This document shows, piece after piece, positions 26,213 to 34,021 of a stretch of 64,000 nt of DNA. The stretch's first letter is position 1. Each line of letters begins with the position of its first letter. A program made the translations under genes and the position numbers. The stretch is from Gaiellales bacterium (GTDB lineage: Bacteria > Actinomycetota > Thermoleophilia > Gaiellales > JAICJC01), in the NCBI GenBank assembly GCA_033856675.1, contig JAWVEN010000032.1:41081-105080 (forward strand), given 5' to 3'. A model generated the notes under the pieces. The model saw nothing but the letters and a program-made list of their open reading frames with translations, searched no databases and was not told the DNA's origin.

Positions 26213-26443
26213 TCAACGGTCCAGCACGGCATGGACGAGGGCATGTGTCTCGACGCCGTACTCCGACAGCGACGTTCCGCTGTCGAGCGCGGTGCCGTTG
26301 AAGCTGAGCGATACCGAGCCGGGCGCGCCGGGCTCCTTGAACGCCTCGAGCACGGCTTCCCGTGTCTCGTCCACCGAGCTGGACGGCGACACACCGGGCA
26401 GGGCCCGCGGGGGCAGCTCGTCCGGCACGAGTGCGTAGATCAT
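26213..26443 (-). CDS. small 76-aa protein in the gamma/TmoB position of the hydroxylase operon
   Basis: Lies 12 nt after the alpha stop, with good codon bias. Size and position fit TmoB/gamma-type small subunits. Sequence similarity cannot be confirmed by eye. Confidence 0.45.
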   Translation of the reverse strand: MIYALVPDELPPRALPGVSPSSSVDETREAVLEAFKEPGAPGSVSLSFNGTALDSGTSLSEYGVETHALVHAVLDR

Positions 26444-26455
26444 CGAGACACCCCC

Positions 26456-27958
26456 TCAGTGGCCATGGCCGTTGTGGCCGTTTGCGCCGCCCGGGGCGAA
26501 CAGGTCGCCTCCCAGCGCCGGGTCGTTGATACCGATCTGCTTCAGGAACTCGTCCGGGTCGTCGGGCATGACGCCGTCGAGCACGAGGTCGACGATCGTC
26601 TTGGCGCCCTTGTACTTCTCCGGCTCGTTCATGAAGATCTCGCGGCACGGCCGCGAGCAGAACCAGTACGTGCGCCCTTCGAGCTCGACCGGCCCCTCGA
26701 TCATCGGGCCGTGCTCGTCCTGGAACATGCACGCGACCTGGCACAGGTTGCAGACCGGCACGAGCCCGGCGTTCGCCACGTCACGGCCGCCCCGCACGTC
26801 GTCCCAGAACCGGCCGACCATCTGTGGCCAGTCCGGGTACTTCTCGGTCAGCCACTCGCGATCCTCGTCGTCGGGCTGGAACATCTTGAACCAGAGCATG
26901 TCCTTGCGCTGGTACAGGTACTTCCAGACCACGTGCGAGAGCTGGTCCATGTCGTCCAGCATGTATTCGAGGTACGCCGGCTCCTTGATGCCATACGGAC
27001 CGAGGTCGGCGACGAGGCCGCCGATGAAATCGTCCACGAAGTACTTCTGGAATGCCTCCTTGTACGACATCACCTTGTTCTTCGCGAAGTAGTCGAAGAA
27101 GATCGAGCCGCCGAGGGCGTCCACGCGGTACAGGCGCCACGTCCACTTGTCGAGCCAGCCCTGGATGATGGGCAGGTTGCGCGAGTCCTCCTCGAGCAGC
27201 GTGCGCATCATCGACTGGCCGATCGCCATGTGACGGGTCTCGTCGGATTGCGTCGTCAGCTGCAGCTGCGACCACGCGTACTCGTAGTTCGCCGCCCCGA
27301 CGGCCGGCAGCGCGACGAAGTTCAGGTTGGTGAAGCCGATCTCGAGCACGACATTTGCGGCGATGATCGCCTCGAACGGGTTCGCCGTCAGGATGTCCTC
27401 GAAGCAGTGGCGGATGCCCTGGTACAGCCAGTGGTTCTGAAACAGCGTGGCCCAGCCGCTGAAGCCGGGCAGCTTGCGGTTTGCATACCGCAGGTAATGG
27501 GCGTAGTTCTGCGCGTGGCGCAGCTCGTCGATCGACTGGTACAGCGACGCCGCGCGAAGAGCGGGCGCCGGCGAGTACCGCGCGATGGCCATGTGGTCCT
27601 TGCACGTCTCGTACTCGGTCTGCCCCTGACCGCAGGCGAACAGCTTCATGCCTTCGAGCCAGGTGGCCTCGACGCGCGACAGATAGTCGTACCGGGCCGC
27701 GTGGTCGAAGACCATGTGGAGGCTCTCCTCCTTCTTCTCCTGAACCTTGACGTAGTCCTTGTAGAAGAGGCGGAACGGGTCGTCGAACTTGTCCCAGTCG
27801 CTGAAGTGCACGCCCTCGGCATGCTCGGGCGGATACATCTCCTCCTTGGGGACATAGCTCGGCTCCCAGCCGAGGTCCCGGGTGAAGTCCTTGTACTGGT
27901 CCTTGATGTTCTGCTGCGTCGCTTCCTGAACGCCGACGCGACTGGGCCTGGTGCTCAT
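26456..27958 (-). CDS. soluble diiron monooxygenase hydroxylase large (alpha) subunit, phenol/toluene hydroxylase type
   Basis: 500 aa. Ligand motifs are E115..(30)..E145-LR-H148 (SIDELRHAQ) and E206..(34)..E240-TR-H243 (QSDETRHMA). C-terminal Cys-rich domain: PVCNLCQVAC..YWFCSRPCREIF. Confidence 0.9.
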   Translation of the reverse strand: MSTRPSRVGVQEATQQNIKDQYKDFTRDLGWEPSYVPKEEMYPPEHAEGVHFSDWDKFDDPFRLFYKDYVKVQEKKEESLHMVFDHAARYDYLSRVEATWLEGMKLFACGQGQTEYETCKDHMAIARYSPAPALRAASLYQSIDELRHAQNYAHYLRYANRKLPGFSGWATLFQNHWLYQGIRHCFEDILTANPFEAIIAANVVLEIGFTNLNFVALPAVGAANYEYAWSQLQLTTQSDETRHMAIGQSMMRTLLEEDSRNLPIIQGWLDKWTWRLYRVDALGGSIFFDYFAKNKVMSYKEAFQKYFVDDFIGGLVADLGPYGIKEPAYLEYMLDDMDQLSHVVWKYLYQRKDMLWFKMFQPDDEDREWLTEKYPDWPQMVGRFWDDVRGGRDVANAGLVPVCNLCQVACMFQDEHGPMIEGPVELEGRTYWFCSRPCREIFMNEPEKYKGAKTIVDLVLDGVMPDDPDEFLKQIGINDPALGGDLFAPGGANGHNGHGH

Positions 27959-27965
27959 AGATCCG

Positions 27966-28295
27966 TCACCCTTCCGTACTCGCTTGCGCGTGTTGGTCTT
28001 CGATCCAGCTCAGCGTCACACCGGCCTCGTCCATGCGGACGATGTAGCCGGCATAGTTGGCGAGAATCACCTGCAGCTCGCGAGTGTCCCAGCGGCGGCC
28101 GAGTGCGTCGCTGACGTCGGCGCACTCGAACTGGAGCCTTCCCGGCGCGGAGATGTTGAGCTGTCCGGGCAGCGGCTCGACGATCGCATTCGGGGTGCTC
28201 TTGACAACCGCTTCTGCGATCGCGTCTGCCTCCTCGCCTCCCATCAGCTCGAGTCGCGCCTGTGCAACGAACCTCGGGCTCGCCGTATCTGTCAT
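27966..28295 (-). CDS. MmoB/DmpM-family monooxygenase effector (coupling) protein
   Basis: 109 aa. ..AIAEAVVKSTPNAIVEPLPGQLNISAPGRL......V.DALGRRWDTRELQV.. parallels DmpM. ATGA overlap with the beta gene. Confidence 0.8.
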   Translation of the reverse strand: MTDTASPRFVAQARLELMGGEEADAIAEAVVKSTPNAIVEPLPGQLNISAPGRLQFECADVSDALGRRWDTRELQVILANYAGYIVRMDEAGVTLSWIEDQHAQASTEG

Positions 28296-29338
28296 GACGC
28301 CTCGCTTCCCACCGGCGCGGGACGGTCCTGGAGGAGCGTGCCGGAGACTCCCGCTGAGTCCAGCACGTCGGCTGCGAGGTTGCGCGCCTCCGCCAGGGAG
28401 GAGTCGAAGTTCTGCTCCTTGCCGACGACAGAGAACACCGGCCCGAGCGCCTCGACGGAGCGAAGCGCGAGCGGGGCCCAACTGTCGATCCACTCCGCCG
28501 TGGTGGTGGCGTTCTCCTCGGACTCCTCACTCAGCATCGCCGCCAGAGCCGCTCCCCACGCCCAGTGCCGCTCCTCGTCGCCGTACACCGAGTAGGCGAA
28601 GTGCGGCAGGACGATGTCCGAGTGCGCGTTGCCGAGATCGGTCAGCGTGCGGTACATCACGCGCTGCAGCATCGGTTCGAGCACGAGGTTGGTGGCAACG
28701 ACCACCTCGCCCCAGTCCTTCAGCACACACACGCGCTCGAGGTACTCGCGCATCGGCTGGAACATCGGGTCCTGGAGCCACTGGGTGCGGTAGCCGCCGA
28801 ACCCGCCGTGCTCGGCCTCGAGGTCGTGCGTCCACTCCGCGATCCGCTGCGTGTGGCGCAGCTCGTCGAACACCTGCAACACGGACGGGTTGGTGATGAG
28901 GCTCGAGATCGCGAACCGTCCGACGTACTGGTGGGCCATGCTGATGCCCCACTCGGCGAACCGCATCGGCGCGAAGAACATGCGCAGCGTCTCGACCCAC
29001 TCAGGGTCGAGGTAGCGCACGGCGCGCTCTTTCCGCGCCGCGGTGATCACGATCTCGAGCGCGGCCTCACGCTCGGATTGCAGCTCGTGGTAGGAGCGGT
29101 ACGTCAGCCGGTTGGGATCGCGGAACGACTCCCAGCGAGCCGACTTCCACCGCGTCTTGGTCGGGTCCCAGTACCCCAGCTTGTAGTGCTCGGGATAGTG
29201 GTAGTACGCGCCCTCGTTGGGGAGGTCCGGATACTTGCCGCGGAACGTCTCGCCCCACTGCACATACGCGGTGACTTCCTCGTACACGTCCGGCCTTCGA
29301 CGCTCTCCCTCGAGGTGCTCAAATGTCTTTCGCGCCAT
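28292..29338 (-). CDS. diiron hydroxylase beta-position subunit (348 aa) that retains a complete E/EXXH/E/EXXH ligand set
   Basis: Same family fold signature. E129..(30)..E159-LR-H162 (VFDELRHTQ) and E221..(34)..E255-ER-H258 (YGDEERHWA). GAAGGA RBS before the ATG at 29338. Confidence 0.85.
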   Translation of the reverse strand: MARKTFEHLEGERRRPDVYEEVTAYVQWGETFRGKYPDLPNEGAYYHYPEHYKLGYWDPTKTRWKSARWESFRDPNRLTYRSYHELQSEREAALEIVITAARKERAVRYLDPEWVETLRMFFAPMRFAEWGISMAHQYVGRFAISSLITNPSVLQVFDELRHTQRIAEWTHDLEAEHGGFGGYRTQWLQDPMFQPMREYLERVCVLKDWGEVVVATNLVLEPMLQRVMYRTLTDLGNAHSDIVLPHFAYSVYGDEERHWAWGAALAAMLSEESEENATTTAEWIDSWAPLALRSVEALGPVFSVVGKEQNFDSSLAEARNLAADVLDSAGVSGTLLQDRPAPVGSEAS

Positions 29339-29605
29339 GGATCCTTCGACCTCGACTTTCTGACGGCACGCGTCGGCGGGATGCGTTTTCGAGTCTCGTT
29401 TGGCCGCAATGGGCACGCAAGGGTTGCTTTCCGCGATGCGGAACGGCGCGCGCATTTTTCAGATCAGCGAACGTTTCGGCCTGCCTGTCGTGAGCTTCCA
29501 TTGCCCGATCGCCTACGTGGCTGATTCCACGGCATGCGTGGACGCTGGGCGAAGGACCGTGTCCTGAACCAGCACCAGCGCCGCGTAGGTCTGGGAATCA
29601 ACCAT
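29339..29605 (-). promoter_or_regulatory. 267-nt untranslated spacer ahead of the hydroxylase genes (possible internal promoter/leader)
   Basis: Largest non-coding gap in the 17-gene co-directional array, with lower local GC in places. No box confidently identified. Confidence 0.3.
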
Positions 29606-31111
29606 CTACGTGTGACTGACCGGAGAGATGCCTGCGTACTCACGCGCGAAGCGGGCCATCTCCGACCGGTCGGTGTGCTGGTAGACGAGGTGGGCAACGT
29701 ACGCCGGCGGCGTTGCGTTCACGTTCTCGAACAAGGCAACGCGGTTCGCGTGGGCGCCGCTCAGCAGATCCCATACGAAGCTGAAGAACTGGTTCTTCTC
29801 GCGCGCGGTGACCCCGGTACCGGGGAGGTACTCCTCCAGCATCGGGCCGAACTCGGGGTGGTCCCAGACCTTCTCGGGCCAGCGGGAGATCAGCGCCTGT
29901 CCGCACAGGTCCTTCATCAGGTAGGTGATCCGCGGGTACTCCTTGATCGAGTACAGCCGGCCCGCCGTGACGAGCGGCGGATTGGGCACCTGGACGCCGC
30001 ACCACTCCACGGCCTCCTCGATCGTGGCCACGGTGTAGGCGCGCAGGGTCTGGGCGTACAGCGTGATCTCGGCGACCGCGTTCTGGACGCCGGGGATGAC
30101 GTCCGTGCCAAGGATCTCCGTGATCGCCTGCGCCACGCCGGCGAAGATCTCGGCCCGGAAGCCGAGCCGCATCATGATCGACCACAGCATGTACGCGCCG
30201 CTCTCGTAGTACACGTCGAGCAGTGCGCGGTTGCGCACGCTGAAGACGAACTCCTTGGGGATGAAGACGTCGTCGAACAGATAGATCTGATCTGTCTCCT
30301 CCCCACGGGCCTCGACCGGGTGGTCGCCGGGGTTGGGGTTCGGCGGCACCGTCGGCTCGCGCAGCACGAGTGACAGTCCCGCGCTGTTCACCGGGACGCC
30401 CGCCCAGATCGCCGCGTCGTCGGTCACGCCCTCGCCGAGCACGGTCGACAGCGTCAGCATGTGGCAGAGGGCGCCGATGCTGCCGGCAACCTTTGCCCCC
30501 CGCACGACGATGCCGTCGGGCCGGTCCTCGACGATCCGCAGCTGTCCCGGCTTCTCGTTCTTCGGGATCCTGCGATCGGACTGCGGGTCGGCGATCAGGT
30601 CGGTGCTGAGCAGGTTGAGGTCGCCGGACATGGTGACGTACTTGCGCATGTTCTCGGCGAACTCCGGGTTCTCCGCCTCGACCCGGTCGATCACGGCCAG
30701 GAACCCGAGCGACATCATCGGCCCGTAGTCGGGCGGCCGGCCGTACATGCCGAGGGTCTCCAGCGTGATGCGGCGGGTCGAGTCCCGCTTCGCCGACAGG
30801 TGCTCCTTGGTCGTCGGCACCTGCCAGCCCACCGCGCGCCGGGCCCCCGCTTCGTCGACGTACGTCAGCGTGTCGCGGGTGGCGGGGTCGAACTGCAGGT
30901 CGAGCACGCGCGCGATCGAGTTCACCGCCGTCGTCGCCGGATGGGTGGTGACGTCCTCGATCTCCTCTCCGGACGCGCTGACCACCCGCCGGCCGTCGCG
31001 CAGCGTCTGCCTGTACTGGTCACCCGTCAGGAGGTGCGGATCGGCGCTCCCGTCCAGCGCCTCCACGACCTTGTCGATTCCGAGCCGCTTGGCGTCGGTC
31101 GCGATGCTCAT
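29606..31111 (-). CDS. HpaB-family (4-hydroxyphenylacetate 3-hydroxylase-like) flavin-dependent oxygenase component
   Basis: About 501 aa with the N- and C-terminal HpaB architecture (..RVLDLQFDP.., ..RIVEDRPDGIVVRGAKVAGS.., ..YPRITYLMKDLCGQALI..). GAAGGGA RBS. No flavin reductase gene nearby. Confidence 0.8.
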   Translation of the reverse strand: MSIATDAKRLGIDKVVEALDGSADPHLLTGDQYRQTLRDGRRVVSASGEEIEDVTTHPATTAVNSIARVLDLQFDPATRDTLTYVDEAGARRAVGWQVPTTKEHLSAKRDSTRRITLETLGMYGRPPDYGPMMSLGFLAVIDRVEAENPEFAENMRKYVTMSGDLNLLSTDLIADPQSDRRIPKNEKPGQLRIVEDRPDGIVVRGAKVAGSIGALCHMLTLSTVLGEGVTDDAAIWAGVPVNSAGLSLVLREPTVPPNPNPGDHPVEARGEETDQIYLFDDVFIPKEFVFSVRNRALLDVYYESGAYMLWSIMMRLGFRAEIFAGVAQAITEILGTDVIPGVQNAVAEITLYAQTLRAYTVATIEEAVEWCGVQVPNPPLVTAGRLYSIKEYPRITYLMKDLCGQALISRWPEKVWDHPEFGPMLEEYLPGTGVTAREKNQFFSFVWDLLSGAHANRVALFENVNATPPAYVAHLVYQHTDRSEMARFAREYAGISPVSHT

Positions 31112-31130
31112 GTGTGATCCCTTCGTCCGG

Positions 31131-32627
31131 TCAAATCGCTGCGTCTCCCTCGACCATGGGCCGCATGTCCGCGGCCTCGACGATCGACTCCTCACGTCCG
31201 GGGTGATTGCGCTCCGGGAACAGCATCAGGCTCGCGCCGTAGATCACGGCCGAGATCACGGCCGCGCTGGTGAAGCTGAGGTCGATGCCCTTGTAGGCGT
31301 CGGCCCACGGGCCGACCCAGAGCGTCGTGTTGATGCAGAGGATGCCGACGGTGACCGCCGGGATGAACGCGGCTGCGGCCCGCAGGTTCACGCCGCTGGT
31401 GAACCAGTACGCCCCGCCCGTCTGGCCGAGGTTGAAGAGCTGCAGGTCATGTACGTGGTAGCGCTTCCGGGCGTAGTAGAACCCGATCAGGCAGATCACC
31501 ATCCATGGCGTGCAGATCACGATCAGGAAGAGCAGGAACGCGCTGACGGTGTCGAACGCACTCCAGACCAGGGCGCCCAGGTAGACGAGCGCCACTGCCA
31601 CGGCACTGATCAAGAGCGTGGCGGGGATGCGCTGCAGCCGCGGAATCAGCGACGACATGTCGAGACCGGTGCCGTAGAGGCAGATCGCGCCCTGGGCGAG
31701 GCTCCCGAAGAAGCCGATCGCCATCAGCCCGACGACGTACCAGCTCGGCGATGTGGCGACGAGCCCGTCCATGAAGAGCAGCGTCGGGTCCATCATCGTG
31801 GCCATGTACGCGGCCCAGACGAGCGCCACCCAGCAGCCGACGAACATCCCGAGGCCCGCCGCCGTCGCGACCGACCGGTCGCTCCACTTCTTCGGAGAGA
31901 TGTATCTGGCGTAGTCGTTGGCAAACGGCGTGTAGCTGATCGGCAGCGATGCGGCCGTCACCATCGCGAGCACCCAGGTCGGCCAGAAGTCGCCGAGCAG
32001 GTAGGCGCCGCCGTGATAGCCGGCGTCGAAGTCGCCGAGCTTGGCGAAGAAGCCGACGACCAGCAGAGCCCCGACCACCGGGATCACGATCTTCTGCGCG
32101 GCCACCACGTTGGCGTGGCCATAGATCGCGAGCGTGATCACGATCGCACTGATGATCCCGTACATCAGTCCGCGCGCGACGTTGCCGTCGGGCGTGTCGA
32201 GCAGGCGGTGGGCGCCGGCGACGACCGCGTCGCCGCCGGTCCAGATCGTCAGCGCCGCAAAGCCCATGGCGATGAACAGCGCCTGCAGCGAGCCGACGAC
32301 ACGGCCCAACAGGCCGAAGTGCGCACCGGACGTGACAGCGCTGTTCGTCCCGCTGTACGGGCCGAGCAGCGAGAACGGCGCGAACGGAAGACAGCCGACG
32401 ACGAGGCCGACGGTGATCGCGGCCACCGAGCTCCACCAGCCGAGGCCGAAGGCGACCGGCAGCCACCCGAGCACGATGATGCCGAAGCACATCTGCGCGC
32501 CGACCCACACGTAGAACAGGTTCGTCGGGGTCGAGTGCCGGTCTTCGAACGGGATGTAATCGATGCCGTGGGTCTCGATCTTTCCGACCTCGTCAACGGC
32601 GGTTGGGTGCTGCCCAGATGTGCTCAT
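31131..32627 (-). CDS. NCS1-family nucleobase/hydantoin-type permease (purine-cytosine permease-like)
   Basis: 12-TM profile. N-terminus ..IETHGIDYIPFEDRHSTPTNLFYVWVGAQM.. is typical of CodB/NCS1 transporters. Confidence 0.9.
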   Translation of the reverse strand: MSTSGQHPTAVDEVGKIETHGIDYIPFEDRHSTPTNLFYVWVGAQMCFGIIVLGWLPVAFGLGWWSSVAAITVGLVVGCLPFAPFSLLGPYSGTNSAVTSGAHFGLLGRVVGSLQALFIAMGFAALTIWTGGDAVVAGAHRLLDTPDGNVARGLMYGIISAIVITLAIYGHANVVAAQKIVIPVVGALLVVGFFAKLGDFDAGYHGGAYLLGDFWPTWVLAMVTAASLPISYTPFANDYARYISPKKWSDRSVATAAGLGMFVGCWVALVWAAYMATMMDPTLLFMDGLVATSPSWYVVGLMAIGFFGSLAQGAICLYGTGLDMSSLIPRLQRIPATLLISAVAVALVYLGALVWSAFDTVSAFLLFLIVICTPWMVICLIGFYYARKRYHVHDLQLFNLGQTGGAYWFTSGVNLRAAAAFIPAVTVGILCINTTLWVGPWADAYKGIDLSFTSAAVISAVIYGASLMLFPERNHPGREESIVEAADMRPMVEGDAAI

Positions 32628-32661
32628 CGGATCGACCCTTTCCTCACTATTCCGGTGCTGC

Positions 32662-33411
32662 TCAGGACAGATCTCCTCGCAACGCGACCGCGCGCACCGG
32701 CGAACCGGTGCCCGCGCGGATGTTCAGCGGCAGCCCGAGGAAGAAGAACCGTGTTCCGGCAACCTTGTCGAGGTTCGTCAAACTCTCGGTATTCACGATG
32801 CCGTACTGCTTGCAAATTTGGTGCGCCGAAAACTCGAGATCGGTGCTCTTGTCAATCGACAGGTTGTCGGTGCCGATGTTGACGACGCCGGCCTTCGCCA
32901 GGAACTCGGCGCCCTCGAGATTCAGGCCGGGATACTCCTCGGCGTACTTCAAGGTCGGGAACACGGTGTCGCCGTATCCCGTGTGCATCAGCACGATGTC
33001 GCCGCGCTCGATCGCGAGGCCGCTGCTCTCGAGCGACTCGCGCAGCATCTCCTCGGTGATCCACCGGTCGGCCGTCAGGGGCGCCAGATCGAGGCAGATC
33101 GCGGGGCCGTACCAGTAGGACAGCGGAGACTCGTCCAGGTGCGGCCCCGACTCGTCGTACTCGAACACGGCGTCGGTGTGCGTCCCGCAGTGCTCGCTGA
33201 TCAGCAGGTTGTGGGCTTCGAACCCGCAGCTGGTCTTCCAGATCTCCTTGAACTCGTCGTGCGTCTGGTTGCGCATGATGAAGGTCTTCTGATGACCGAA
33301 CCACTGGGGCATGCCCTCGTAGATGGGGCGGGTGAGATCGACGACCTCGACCCCTCGGTCAAGCAGGTCGCTTCCCAGCAGTGGAAGGGAGCTCGGCGTG
33401 GTTGCTGACAC
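32662..33411 (-). CDS. cyclase-family metal hydrolase, paralogue of 25046..25798
   Basis: SEHCGTHTDAVFEY, the same variant motif. Alignable over the full length with the first copy (roughly half the residues identical by eye). Confidence 0.85.
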   Translation of the reverse strand: MSATTPSSLPLLGSDLLDRGVEVVDLTRPIYEGMPQWFGHQKTFIMRNQTHDEFKEIWKTSCGFEAHNLLISEHCGTHTDAVFEYDESGPHLDESPLSYWYGPAICLDLAPLTADRWITEEMLRESLESSGLAIERGDIVLMHTGYGDTVFPTLKYAEEYPGLNLEGAEFLAKAGVVNIGTDNLSIDKSTDLEFSAHQICKQYGIVNTESLTNLDKVAGTRFFFLGLPLNIRAGTGSPVRAVALRGDLS

Positions 33412-33439
33412 TGTTCGTTCCTCCTCGTCGACCGTTTGC

Positions 33440-33931
33440 TCAGTCCGTGACCACTGCGATGACTTCGACCTCGATCAGAAAGCCGTCGGACATGAACCCG
33501 TCGACACGCACGGCTGTTCCACACGGCCCCGGGTCCGCCAGGTACTCCATGCGCACCTTGGTCATGCGTCGCCAGAAGTCGCCCGCCTCATCCTCAGGGC
33601 CGTCGAACGTGTAGTACGTGTTGATCTTGACCACGTCCTTCCACGACGCCCCCGCCTCTTCGAGAACGCGGGTGATGTTCTCGAAGGTGTTGCGCGTCTG
33701 GACTTCGATGTCGCCGCGGCCGATCACGTCGCCGTTCTCATCCGCGGAGAGCTGGCCGCCGACGAAGACGAGATCCCCGATCCGCCAACCCTGCGAGAAC
33801 GGCGACGGGATGCTCCAGTCCCAGTGGTTCTCCGGCATCAGCCGGCGCTTGGGGCCGAGCCTGGCCGTGACCATCCGCGCCGGGCCGTTACCGTCGGTCG
33901 CCTCGGTGGCGCTCCCCGTGCTGTCGTTCAC
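33440..33931 (-). CDS. RidA/YjgF family protein, paralogue of 20420..20869
   Basis: MPENHWDWSIPSPFSQGW..LVFVGGQLSADENGDVIGRGDIEVQTRNTFENITRVLEEAGASW.. parallels the first copy. Start may be an internal Met. Confidence 0.9.
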   Translation of the reverse strand: MNDSTGSATEATDGNGPARMVTARLGPKRRLMPENHWDWSIPSPFSQGWRIGDLVFVGGQLSADENGDVIGRGDIEVQTRNTFENITRVLEEAGASWKDVVKINTYYTFDGPEDEAGDFWRRMTKVRMEYLADPGPCGTAVRVDGFMSDGFLIEVEVIAVVTD

Positions 33932-34021
33932 TCAGGCTCCTCCTCGCGACTCGCGTTACAACACCGCAGAATCGGCAAGATTTATCATGTGCTGTAAGGT
34001 TCGTCAAGGGGCGTTTTTCGC

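Noticed and set aside
27900-27958. His-rich C-terminus of the alpha subunit (..GGANGHNGHGH, encoded at the 3' end near 26459-26490) as a possible link to the SGHG tails of the small secreted proteins.
   Set aside because: It is short, cytoplasmic and compositionally different (no Asp runs). It is most likely a coincidental His-rich tail.
29409-29428. tgggcacgcaagggttgc resembling a sigma-54 -24/-12 element (TGGCAC-N5-TTGC) ahead of the hydroxylase genes.
   Set aside because: The GG-to-GC spacing is 12 nt rather than 10. The element is on the plus strand while the operon is on the minus strand. No sigma-54 activator (NtrC-type) gene is present.
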